Source: Candidatus Woesearchaeota archaeon (GTDB lineage: Archaea; Nanobdellota; Nanobdellia; Woesearchaeales; JABIAG01). Taken from it: a stretch of DNA of 64,000 nucleotides. The notes under the pieces are model-generated. The model did no database searches, was not told the DNA's origin, and saw nothing but the letters and a program-made list of their open reading frames with translations. Positions 39,590 through 48,666 of this stretch are shown piece after piece; the first letter of the stretch is position 1; every line of letters starts with the position of its first letter. The stretch is from assembly GCA_018653365.1 (NCBI GenBank), contig JABIAG010000001.1:448001-512000 (forward strand), given 5' to 3'. The position numbers were made by a program, and so were the translations under genes.

Positions 39590-39600
39590 AAATACATCGT

Positions 39601-39873
39601 TCATTTATCCTGAAGATAAAAACACTTTTCACAAAACGATTTAACATCTTTCTTTTCATAATCATCACAATGTACGGTAGCGGGCTCCCCACAATTACAT
39701 GTGGGTTTTGCCGTTTTCCAAGTTTCCTCAAAGATTCTTTGACATTCTGGATTATTACACACCATATCTTCTATATCTACATGCATAAGCTCAAACTCTT
39801 CATTAATGGGCGTAGTAACAGTTACATCGGTTTTAAACATTTTTCTACACACTTGACATTCTAACTTTCGCAT
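39601..39873 (-). CDS. small multi-CxxC Zn-binding protein
   Basis: CQVC, CNNPEC, CNCG...HC...CEKC; GAGGGG RBS. Confidence 0.65.
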   Translation of the reverse strand: MRKLECQVCRKMFKTDVTVTTPINEEFELMHVDIEDMVCNNPECQRIFEETWKTAKPTCNCGEPATVHCDDYEKKDVKSFCEKCFYLQDK

Positions 39874-39909
39874 TTTTATATAAAACCCCTCATTATTACA
39901 TAGAACATA

Positions 39910-40119
39910 TTATTTCACAAACCTTGTTTGGTCTAAACACTTTTTACACTTAATAATTATTTTGCCATTTTTAATAAAGGGTGTTGGATATTTTACTTTC
40001 TTACCACAATTATGGCAAATTTCCCAATTTCCAGGCATTTCTTCATACTTTTTTTCACACTCAGAACTACATAAGAACTTTTCGGTTTCTTTTCCACAAA
40101 TAAAACATTTTGATTTCAT
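39910..40119 (-). CDS. small double Zn-finger protein
   Basis: CFICG...LCSSEC; CHNCG...CKKC. Confidence 0.65.
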   Translation of the reverse strand: MKSKCFICGKETEKFLCSSECEKKYEEMPGNWEICHNCGKKVKYPTPFIKNGKIIIKCKKCLDQTRFVK

Positions 40120-40208
40120 TTTATTGATTTAATAATGTTTGACTAAATAAATATTGTTGTATTAGAATGCCGAAAAGCTTAAATACTAGGTGCTATCATA
40201 TGCTATAC

Positions 40209-40529
40209 GTGACTGTTCAAATGAATATGCGACTATCAGAAAAACTCATTTCAGATATAGACTTTGTAGCTCAAATATTGGGCGTTACAAGAAGTGAATG
40301 GCTAAAAGTAAAATTCGCAGAATTTGTAAAAGAACAAAAAGAAATACTATTAGAAGAACTAGAAATGAAATTCGTAAGAGAACAAATAACCGAAACCGAA
40401 TTTAAGAAAAAAGCAGGATACGCTCCAACTAAAGCAATGATGTATGCACAAAAACAAATAAAACAAGCAGCACAAAACTATCTCTCCGATATGACAAACA
40501 AAGCATTAAAAAGAAAATATGGCTATTGA
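40209..40529 (+). CDS. ribbon-helix-helix DNA-binding protein
   Basis: VQMNMRLSEKL...ID..A...G.TRSEWL; GTG start fits TATA spacing. Confidence 0.7.
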   Translation: MTVQMNMRLSEKLISDIDFVAQILGVTRSEWLKVKFAEFVKEQKEILLEELEMKFVREQITETEFKKKAGYAPTKAMMYAQKQIKQAAQNYLSDMTNKALKRKYGY

Positions 40530-40541
40530 ATGGGATGAAAA

Positions 40542-40730
40542 ATGGAATTAAAAGATAAAGTAGCAATCATGACTGATGAGGGTATTCATAATATTGTGAT
40601 GTCTGCGTGTAAGAAGTTTAATTTAAGTTTTGAAGAAGCTAATGATTTAGTGGGTGATTGGATACGTTATTCTTATGATCTAAAAAGAGCAGAAGAAGAA
40701 AAAAATAAGGGAGTTTTAAAAAGTTTTTAA
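40542..40730 (+). CDS. small hypothetical protein
   Basis: 62-aa ORF following the RHH gene. Confidence 0.5.
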   Translation: MELKDKVAIMTDEGIHNIVMSACKKFNLSFEEANDLVGDWIRYSYDLKRAEEEKNKGVLKSF

Positions 40731-40903
40731 TAAGAGAGGTCCTAATAATTAAACTAACTAAACTAAGTAAAGAATTAGAAGCTGAAATGCCAGAAGAAAT
40801 TAGAAAATTAAGAATGTTCTATTTTGAGGAAATTGAAGGAAAACTCTATTAATCCTGGTTGGTTGTAGAAAGTATTTTAAATGTGGAGTGTTATTTATGC
40901 ACG

Positions 40904-41593
40904 ATGGTTATAAAAACGGTTTCAATAAAACAAGCATATAAGCAATGGGCAGGTAAGTATGAACAAGATTTGCCTTACCTTTTTGAAAGTGAAAGTGAAA
41001 AGATAATGCCTCTACTTGGAAATGTTAAAGGAAAAAGAATTCTTGATTTAGGTTGTGGTACGGGACGATATAGCATTGCGCTTGCCAAAAAAGGCGCAAT
41101 TGTAACAGCTGTTGACTTTTCTGAAGAAATGTTGTCTATGGCTAAAGATAAAGCTAAAAATGCTAAAGTTAAGATTGATTTTAAGTGTATTGATTTGAAA
41201 AAGAAATTTCCATTTAAAAAAGAAAGCTTTGATATTGTTTTATCAATGTTAGTTCTTGGACATTTCAAGAATTTAGAACCTATGATAAATAAAATTTCAA
41301 AAGTTCTTAAACTCGATGGAACATGTATGATTTCAACATTCAATCCAAATAAAGAAGGCGGGAAAATGGCACTTGTTCAAAGTCTCGGGCTTGACGCAAG
41401 AAAGTATTCACAAACAAAAGAAGAATACATTAATGCTATAAAAAAAGCCAAACTTTCACTTGAAAAGTATTTGGAAATAAAATTCTCAAAGCAGGCGGTA
41501 TTTAATGCAAAGAAAGATGGTGTAAACCTTAAACCTTACAGCCATAAACCCTTTCTAATAGCTTTTAAAATAAGAAAGAAGATTAACTTTTAA
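40904..41593 (+). CDS. class I SAM-dependent methyltransferase
   Basis: ILDLGCGTG, VDFSEEM, FDIVLS. Confidence 0.9.
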   Translation: MVIKTVSIKQAYKQWAGKYEQDLPYLFESESEKIMPLLGNVKGKRILDLGCGTGRYSIALAKKGAIVTAVDFSEEMLSMAKDKAKNAKVKIDFKCIDLKKKFPFKKESFDIVLSMLVLGHFKNLEPMINKISKVLKLDGTCMISTFNPNKEGGKMALVQSLGLDARKYSQTKEEYINAIKKAKLSLEKYLEIKFSKQAVFNAKKDGVNLKPYSHKPFLIAFKIRKKINF

Positions 41594-42758
41594 CTTCAGA
41601 AGCTAATCTTACTGGAAAGAATAAACCAATAAGAATAAAGACTGCACAACCAATAAAGACTATTGGCAAACTTATTGTAGCAAGTCCTGCTAAAGTTCCA
41701 ATAATCATAATATCAAACAAGGAATCCAATCCAGAGAATAAAGACAATACTGTTGATCTGCTCTTGGTAATATAATCATTTGCTACTTGTGTCATAATGG
41801 GGGTTCTTAACCTTCTTAGTACGAATAATGCCACAAATACGATTAAAGCTACAATAAGAATATTTCCTAAAAATGCGGCTGCAAGAAACGCAACAAGATT
41901 TAAAATAGCAATTGAATAAATCAAAGTTTTAGTTTTAAACTTATTCTCAAACCATTCGATTTTGTTAAGAACAAAGTAAACGAACAGATAAGATAAAGCG
42001 TAAATTAAACCAAACCACATAACCGCAACCCCCGCATTAGTTAAGAATGGTTGAGCCATTTCTCTAAAAGCCCAGAAAGGAATATAAATAAACATTTGAC
42101 CAATTGCCATTAAAAAATAAGGCGATTTTCTTATGAATCTAAAACCTTCCTTAAGATGTTCATAAGGATGAATCAATCTTGAAAGTTCATGAGATTTAGG
42201 AGTTGTTAACTTAAATAATAAACCAAGCTTTACAAGACTAAAAACAATTCCTAAAACAATTACAATAATAAACTGCATTTCAGTCAAATCTTTAGCAATG
42301 TACGCCCCAAAGATAACTGCAATAGCTAAAGCAATCTGAGGAGCAGAAGTTATCTTGCCCCAAACCTTACTCATAGTATGTTTCTTTCCTATCTCTTCCA
42401 ACGACTCATAAATTAAAGCATCTTTCACACCTGAATGGAAAGTAGTTGAAATACCAACCAAAGCCGCAATCAAATAAAACATCCATTTATCAAAAGCAAA
42501 AATCAATAACACTATGGATAAAATAAATATTAATTGCGAAACGATTAAAGAAGCTTTATGGCCATATTTATCAGCAAAGGTTCCAGTAGGAACTTCAAAA
42601 ATCAATGAAAAAACAACATCAATAACAAACAATATTAAAATATCCGACAAGGTCAAACCCCTATGCAAATAGAATAAAGTCAATACCGGGACTAAAAAGC
42701 TAATACTACCAAAAAACGAAGCCCAAAAATATATTTTTGGGTTATCTTTAACCGCCAT
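41583..42758 (-). CDS. MFS transporter
   Basis: FEVPTG..ADKYG.K, SG...AL.YESL; about 12 TM. Confidence 0.9.
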   Translation of the reverse strand: MAVKDNPKIYFWASFFGSISFLVPVLTLFYLHRGLTLSDILILFVIDVVFSLIFEVPTGTFADKYGHKASLIVSQLIFILSIVLLIFAFDKWMFYLIAALVGISTTFHSGVKDALIYESLEEIGKKHTMSKVWGKITSAPQIALAIAVIFGAYIAKDLTEMQFIIVIVLGIVFSLVKLGLLFKLTTPKSHELSRLIHPYEHLKEGFRFIRKSPYFLMAIGQMFIYIPFWAFREMAQPFLTNAGVAVMWFGLIYALSYLFVYFVLNKIEWFENKFKTKTLIYSIAILNLVAFLAAAFLGNILIVALIVFVALFVLRRLRTPIMTQVANDYITKSRSTVLSLFSGLDSLFDIMIIGTLAGLATISLPIVFIGCAVFILIGLFFPVRLASEVKS

Positions 42759-42792
42759 ACCGCTAATATTCTAATATTAAGTATTTAAATCT

Positions 42793-42951
42793 TTATCCAA
42801 AACCTCTTCTTAACAACTCTTTCTTAACACTCATTCTAATAAAAGAAGAAACAGAAATGTTTTCTCCACATATATCTTGTATTTTTTCCCATAATTCAAG
42901 AGATATGCTTATACTTCTCGATCTAGTCCGTTTTCTAACTCTTTCAAGCAT
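42793..42951 (-). CDS. 52-aa ribbon-helix-helix protein
   Basis: Not in ORF track. MLERVRKRTRSRSISISLELWGKIQDICGENISVSSFIRMSVKKELLRRGFG*; GGAGGA RBS; overlaps upstream RHH gene. Confidence 0.7.
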   Translation of the reverse strand: MLERVRKRTRSRSISISLELWEKIQDICGENISVSSFIRMSVKKELLRRGFG

Positions 42952-43106
42952 TTTAGTATCTCCTCCAATTTGGTTGTTAGTGAAGATTCCATTAAGGCCA
43001 TAAAACGAATATAATCACTTTTCTTAACAAAACCAAGCTTTTCAGCTCTTAATTGGATTTCTCTTTCTTGTTCTTCAGAAAGCAATAACTCATATCTTTT
43101 CTTCAT
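42909..43106 (-). CDS. ribbon-helix-helix (CopG-like) protein
   Basis: RYELLLSEEQ...I...A...GF..KSDYIR. Confidence 0.75.
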   Translation of the reverse strand: MKKRYELLLSEEQEREIQLRAEKLGFVKKSDYIRFMALMESSLTTKLEEILKCLKELENGLDREV

Positions 43107-43174
43107 AATAATAAGAATATCTAACTTTTATTTAAACCCCTCACGAGTGTCTTTCCCAGAGTTTCTACCCCCGT

Positions 43175-43398
43175 TTACTTTATTATGAATTTTTCAGTAC
43201 TATCTGCTGGGTTTTTATCAAGAAGCATCAATAAAGCATTTCTTCCATTTAAATCAATAAGATAATAATGTAAACAATCGCCTTTTTTAATAAGTTTCCT
43301 AAAATAAGCTCTTTTGCCAATGTTAGAAAGTGGTAACTTTTCTTCTCTTGGATTCTTAATTTCCAACCAACTCCCGCAAATTTAGCTATAAATGTCAT
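43175..43398 (-). CDS. AbrB/SpoVT-like DNA-binding protein interrupted by a -1 frameshift at A_AAA_AAG
   Basis: ATG 43398 frame gives MTFIAKFAGVGWKLRIQEKKSYHFLTLAKELILGNLLKK; the -1 frame continues GDCLHYYLIDLNGRNALLMLLDK. Confidence 0.5.
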
Positions 43399-43621
43399 GA
43401 TTATGAAACAAGATGAACTGCTATGACAGTTTACCCTTTTTGAATAGCCTCTTTTTTACGTCAAAATCATTAATTTTAACAATTATTAAAGAACCAAGAA
43501 TAGTTTATAAAGAACACCTTATACTTACTCAATTTGATTATTAAACTACTTGATGGAAATGTTGTGCGCTTACTTGTGCGGTTTAATTTTAACAATACAG
43601 AAGCTCAGGGCCAATAATTCG

Positions 43622-46600
43622 CTACTTTGTGCGGTTTAAATTGCTATTAATAACAGAGTTTTTTTGACCGCTAAATTGTAACTGCACAAATTCCTTTATT
43701 TCATGACGCAATAACATTTTTAGACCGTGCTTGGCAAAACTGTTTTTGATTCTATTTCCTGTTAATATAATATAAGCACGCTTCCCATAATCTCTTACTA
43801 TATTCTCAAACTTTTCTTTTTTGTTCTTTCTATTTTCTCTTAAACATATGCCGGTTTCAACTTCTAAACCTATCTTTTGTCCTAATTTATTCTTAAAAAC
43901 AACATCGGGTTTCTTAGTCTGATAACATTTAACCTCTTTTGTATACTTTCTTATCTCTTCTGCAATTATTGCAACTAAAAAAGTATGTTCAGCAGATTCA
44001 GGATGATTAGGCTTAACATAATAAGGAAAAGGACCGGATTCAAGATTATGACACTTCATAAGCACATAATTGTGATTATTCAACATATTAATTTGTAAAG
44101 GAGTTAAACCTTTAGCTCCATGAAATGGCTTGTTAATGTCAATATTAGCTTTTTCATCTTCCTTATCATCCTTTACTTTAGGCAGTTTAGCCTCACCTAA
44201 GCTTATAAGCTCATTAGGATTGGTGGTTATTAGTTTATGCTCCTCTTCACTCGCAACTACCTTTAATTCTTGATGATCATTATCCATAATTAAAACACCA
44301 TCTCCGGGCATGGCAGATAACAAATAATCTTGTTCTGGCTGACTTAAATTAAATGTTGTTGCTACACTTCTTATTACCGCTGGTTTTTGTCTTAGAAGAA
44401 AAGTATAAGAAGTATTAGAAAGAACAGCATGACCTGCCTTTGAAGCAACTAAATCAGCAACATCCTGAGTAATCATCAACAACCCCAAATTATGCTTTCT
44501 ACACGTCTTAACAATTTCAAAAATATAACTTGATTCTTTAGCAGTCTGCAATAAAGACCAAGCTTCATCAATAACAAAAACCTTCTTTCTATTTGTACCT
44601 TTCATCTTCATATAAACATAATCAAGAACTAAATACATAACAACGGGTTTGACCTGTTTAGGCATGTTACCAATATTAAAACACAAAAAATTATTATCAA
44701 AGTTAATTCTGGTTTTTCTATCAAGAAAACCAAAAACACCCCGTTCAGTGTACATCTGCAAACGATTAAGTAATGCTCGATAAGTTACTTTTTCCTGCTG
44801 AACAGAAGCCTTTTCTAACTTACTTAAAGTTAAAAAAAGATCAGACATTATTGGTGGTTCATGACTATTATAATCATCTCTTGTTATCCCACAGTTCTCA
44901 TAAGTTAAGTCAATAGCTCTATCAAGAATAGACTTTTGTAATTCATTAAGGTCCTTAAACATTATTTGAAATAAATCCATCAAACTAAGCCTTTTTTCAA
45001 GATACTCATGCCCCATAAGATCCAACGGATTAATAATAGTTTCAGAATCCTTAGAAATAGTTATACACTCACCACCATAATGCTGTGTAATAGCCAAATA
45101 CTCCCCCTGAGGATCAATAATTATGATATCTGTTCCATTCATAAACTGTCTTGCAATAAGAAGCTTAGTAAAATAACTCTTACCACCTCCCGATGTTGAA
45201 AGAACAAGACCATTAGCATTAGCTAAGTTGAAGATGTTTTTAATTAATGGAATGCCATTCTTATTTAACCCTAATAAAATGCCATCATTATCAATATTTA
45301 AAAAAGGACTTGAAAAAGGAAAAAAAGCAGCTAATCCTTTTGTGTGAATATTTCTTGTAAGTTTTAAAGCATTATTAGCTAAAGGAAGCATACTAGTATA
45401 ACTCTCCATCATCTGAAACAAAGGAGGCTTATTCTGAATCATCAAAGAATCTAACTCAGCTTTAACCTTTTTAGAAAGCAAATCAATCTCTTCCTTATCT
45501 CTGCCCTTACACATAACATATAAAGAAACATCAAAAAGCTTCTGCTGACCCTTTTGTAAATCTGTTAAAATTTCCTTTGTAGCTTTGAACTTAATATCCA
45601 AACTTGGATTAAGAATACCTTTTTGAGAATCAACATACAAATCAGCTTGTTGCTTTTGCAAATCCCTATTTAACTGAATCATCATCATGTCAATTGGATA
45701 CGGTTGAATATGAATACTAATATCATATTTATCCCCCGAACCAATAATTCTGTCTAAAAAACCTTTTTCAACAGAACTAGGATAACCAAAAACTGCGATG
45801 AGTTTACAAAATAAGTTATCAATAGCAAAATGATCTGGGAAGAATTTAACTTCATTAGGAGAAAACAAGAAATGGGCAACTTCCTTAATCTCTTTTTCAA
45901 CCTTCTTATCTTTCATAACAGCAAACAACTTAATAAGAGAATTATCAGTTAATCTCTTTACTTTTAAACCAATATTAGAAAGCTTCTCAGCACAAACATC
46001 AGCTTGTACCTCAATATTATCTTTTTCCCTTATTATTATGTAAAAATTCCTATTCTGAACACCATTAACTTCAATAGACCTTTCTATAAACTGCTTATAT
46101 GATTCAAATAACGAGTTTGATCTTTCAGTATTTGCAAGCTTGCCAATATGTTCAAAATGATCTTTCAAAGAAATAGGATTAGTAGTAATATGGATTTGGA
46201 TAGGAAAATCTAAACTGTTTAAAAACTTCTGAAATCCAATAAGAATAGCTTCCTTCTCATCATCGGTCTTAAGCATAAAATTCATAGGAATAACTTCCAA
46301 AATAGCAAGCTTGCTCTTAGACTGAATTATAGTATTATTTCGTATAGCTTTAATATCAACTATGCTCTGAAGAATCTGACTTAAAACACTTACTTTAGGA
46401 TTCTTCTTATAATTATAAAAGTTTTTAAGCTTATTTTTCCCATCAAAAAACATAAAAAAAGCAGCAGTACAAAGAATAAATAAAATAATCGTGCTTGTCA
46501 CTTCCACAGACAAACCAGACTTAAAAGCAATAATAAAACAGATTAAGAATGTGGGTAGAGCATAAACAAGTTGAGAGAAGGTTAAACCAAACAAAATCTT

Positions 46601-46639
46601 CTCCTTATGCTGAAGCGGAGGAGGGATGTCGTAAGCCAT
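43622..46639 (-). CDS. virB4: PrgI-like membrane domain + VirB4-type ATPase + C-terminal PD-(D/E)xK-like nuclease domain fusion
   Basis: N-terminal YDIP...EKILFGLT..Q plus 2 TM; FLNSLDFPIQI; Walker A STSGGGKS, IIDPQGEY, Walker B VIDEAW, ITQDV; C-terminal ESAEH...PDVVF...LEVETG. Confidence 0.88.
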   Translation of the reverse strand: MAYDIPPPLQHKEKILFGLTFSQLVYALPTFLICFIIAFKSGLSVEVTSTIILFILCTAAFFMFFDGKNKLKNFYNYKKNPKVSVLSQILQSIVDIKAIRNNTIIQSKSKLAILEVIPMNFMLKTDDEKEAILIGFQKFLNSLDFPIQIHITTNPISLKDHFEHIGKLANTERSNSLFESYKQFIERSIEVNGVQNRNFYIIIREKDNIEVQADVCAEKLSNIGLKVKRLTDNSLIKLFAVMKDKKVEKEIKEVAHFLFSPNEVKFFPDHFAIDNLFCKLIAVFGYPSSVEKGFLDRIIGSGDKYDISIHIQPYPIDMMMIQLNRDLQKQQADLYVDSQKGILNPSLDIKFKATKEILTDLQKGQQKLFDVSLYVMCKGRDKEEIDLLSKKVKAELDSLMIQNKPPLFQMMESYTSMLPLANNALKLTRNIHTKGLAAFFPFSSPFLNIDNDGILLGLNKNGIPLIKNIFNLANANGLVLSTSGGGKSYFTKLLIARQFMNGTDIIIIDPQGEYLAITQHYGGECITISKDSETIINPLDLMGHEYLEKRLSLMDLFQIMFKDLNELQKSILDRAIDLTYENCGITRDDYNSHEPPIMSDLFLTLSKLEKASVQQEKVTYRALLNRLQMYTERGVFGFLDRKTRINFDNNFLCFNIGNMPKQVKPVVMYLVLDYVYMKMKGTNRKKVFVIDEAWSLLQTAKESSYIFEIVKTCRKHNLGLLMITQDVADLVASKAGHAVLSNTSYTFLLRQKPAVIRSVATTFNLSQPEQDYLLSAMPGDGVLIMDNDHQELKVVASEEEHKLITTNPNELISLGEAKLPKVKDDKEDEKANIDINKPFHGAKGLTPLQINMLNNHNYVLMKCHNLESGPFPYYVKPNHPESAEHTFLVAIIAEEIRKYTKEVKCYQTKKPDVVFKNKLGQKIGLEVETGICLRENRKNKKEKFENIVRDYGKRAYIILTGNRIKNSFAKHGLKMLLRHEIKEFVQLQFSGQKNSVINSNLNRTK

Positions 46640-46692
46640 AAAATAAAACTGATTAAATTATATAATAAGGGGTTTAATAGAAATTACGTGAT

Positions 46693-47385
46693 TTATTGTA
46701 TAATCTTCTCGCTTAAATCTCCTGCTTTATTAACAATATAACCTTTTGCTACCCAATACATACTACTCATTACTGTAGATACGCAGGTAGGACAGGTTCG
46801 TGCAAAGGTGGTAAGTCCAAATGTTCGCGAAAAGCTTCCCACACCAGAAAAAACAAGTTTATGAACTCCCCCACTAGTTATTAACATCAATTCCACTGTG
46901 AAAGAAACTGACTTCTTTAAAACTAAGTCAACAGAAGAAGAATCAGTTTTATCAAGAGAATAACAAGCTCCTACAAGTTCATTATAATTATCTACTAAAG
47001 GTGCATAACGATTTAAATTATTATTAAACTTGTGATAATTATCTGAAGCCTTACCAAAAAGCTTCATCTCTTTGTCAATTTTATCATTATATACGTTAAT
47101 TACAAAATTTAACTTATCAACCATTAATTTATAATCTTCATAGGAATAAAATTCTTTAACATCAAGCTTTTTTAGATTGGCTTTTTTAATGGGATTTGCT
47201 ATACTTTTTGCTAAATCATATTTAAGTTCAAACTGCGCACTTTCGTTTTTCTTAAGATCTGATAAATAATCTTTGGAAGAATCTACGATTTTAACAATGT
47301 TACCAGTCACTTTATTGTGTTCTTTCTCTGTACATGCAATTAATAAAAACAGCAAAAACAGAACGAAAATAATCGATAACCTCAT
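46693..47385 (-). CDS. putative lipoprotein
   Basis: MRLSIIFVLFLLFLLIAC signal/lipobox; ATGA overlap with nuclease gene. Confidence 0.7.
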   Translation of the reverse strand: MRLSIIFVLFLLFLLIACTEKEHNKVTGNIVKIVDSSKDYLSDLKKNESAQFELKYDLAKSIANPIKKANLKKLDVKEFYSYEDYKLMVDKLNFVINVYNDKIDKEMKLFGKASDNYHKFNNNLNRYAPLVDNYNELVGACYSLDKTDSSSVDLVLKKSVSFTVELMLITSGGVHKLVFSGVGSFSRTFGLTTFARTCPTCVSTVMSSMYWVAKGYIVNKAGDLSEKIIQ

Positions 47386-47666
47386 CGTCCTTTGTTTTTG
47401 CAACCTCTCGCTCTCATCCTTTGGTTTATTGACCCATCTTTGTTTGACATATTACCCACTTGTCGTCCATACCTGTCTTTTGCGACTGGTTTCCAAATAA
47501 CAACCCCTTTGCTTCTTCCAGTCATACTTGCAACACGTCTTGTTGCTTTACTTCCACCGAATTGATGTCTTTCGGGAGCACGAACATTATTTAATCTAAA
47601 TTTTGTTCCATCAGTAAATGTGCCCGAATCTCCATCAATCCAATGATCAACTCTTTTTCTTATCAT
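47382..47666 (-). CDS. minimal thermonuclease (SNase) domain protein
   Basis: IDGDS, FRL..VRAPE, DRYGR motifs; no signal peptide; GGAGGT RBS. Confidence 0.8.
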   Translation of the reverse strand: MIRKRVDHWIDGDSGTFTDGTKFRLNNVRAPERHQFGGSKATRRVASMTGRSKGVVIWKPVAKDRYGRQVGNMSNKDGSINQRMRARGCKNKGR

Positions 47667-47678
47667 TTTAGACCTCCG

Positions 47679-47855
47679 TTACCTTTTTGAGTTTCCAATA
47701 CACCAATGACAATTATCAAAACCAGCAGCATGTGCTTGTTGAAGTGTATAAAAACCTTCTTTATGTTCTTCTTTTATTTCATTTAGTTGACATTGTTTTT
47801 TTTCATTGTCAATATCATGAACTTCCATTGTGTTTTTATTTCCTAAATATTTCAT
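47679..47855 (-). CDS. 58-aa Ada-like metal-binding domain protein
   Basis: Not in ORF track. MKYLGNKNTMEVHDIDNEKKQCQLNEIKEEHKEGFYTLQQAHAAGFDNCHWCIGNSKR*; AGGTGAT RBS. Confidence 0.75.
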   Translation of the reverse strand: MKYLGNKNTMEVHDIDNEKKQCQLNEIKEEHKEGFYTLQQAHAAGFDNCHWCIGNSKR

Positions 47856-47991
47856 TTTTTATCACCTTAAACAAAATTAATTTTAAGACATAATTAGTTT
47901 TCTGAAGTTATTGGCGAATATTTGTATCAATTGCGAGTATTATTACCAAATAATAATAAAAATTATAAATAACCACATATTCTTAAATAAA

Positions 47992-48666
47992 ATGATGAAA
48001 AAAGATATGATTAGAAATGCTCTTACGAGTTTTAAAAATTTGTCAAAAAGTCAAGCAGATGCATTGATAATCATAATAAAACAACAAAAAAAATTGACTA
48101 AAACTGAAATAGTTAATCTTTTGGATAAAGAGAATATATCTAATAAACAAACTGCTTATCGATTGCTAAATGAATTAGTAACGAGAAAAGTTCTTTTTAT
48201 AGACAATAATTATTATCAACCAATAAATACGCGAATGCTGATTGATGATTGCAATAACTCATTAACGTTAATGGAAACTGAAATAGAAGGATTGGAAATT
48301 ACTGCAGATTGGGAGAAGTCTGATCCAAGTAATAGAGCCAAAATAATAGTTCAAGAACATGAAATTATACACGAAATTTATGGGATACAAAGCCAAAATT
48401 GTGATATGTATTATTACTATAAAGAAAATGATAATAATTTGAGTTTTTGGAAAACTCTTAAGGAACGATTTAATGGTATTAAACTCGAAAAAGGTACATA
48501 TAATTGTATAGTATTCATAAATAAAGACAATAAACCTTTTGAGTCGGGAGTAATAATATTGTCGAAGAGAGTTACAAAACAGGGTGCAAACCAGTATTAT
48601 GGTAGTCTAATTTTTGATGAAGAACTACCTAAGAAGTTTATGAAAAAGAGGGGAAAAGATGAATAA
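47992..48666 (+). CDS. winged-HTH (TrmB-like) regulator
   Basis: LSKSQADAL...LTKTEI...QTAYRLLNELV.RK.L pattern. Confidence 0.65.
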   Translation: MMKKDMIRNALTSFKNLSKSQADALIIIIKQQKKLTKTEIVNLLDKENISNKQTAYRLLNELVTRKVLFIDNNYYQPINTRMLIDDCNNSLTLMETEIEGLEITADWEKSDPSNRAKIIVQEHEIIHEIYGIQSQNCDMYYYYKENDNNLSFWKTLKERFNGIKLEKGTYNCIVFINKDNKPFESGVIILSKRVTKQGANQYYGSLIFDEELPKKFMKKRGKDE

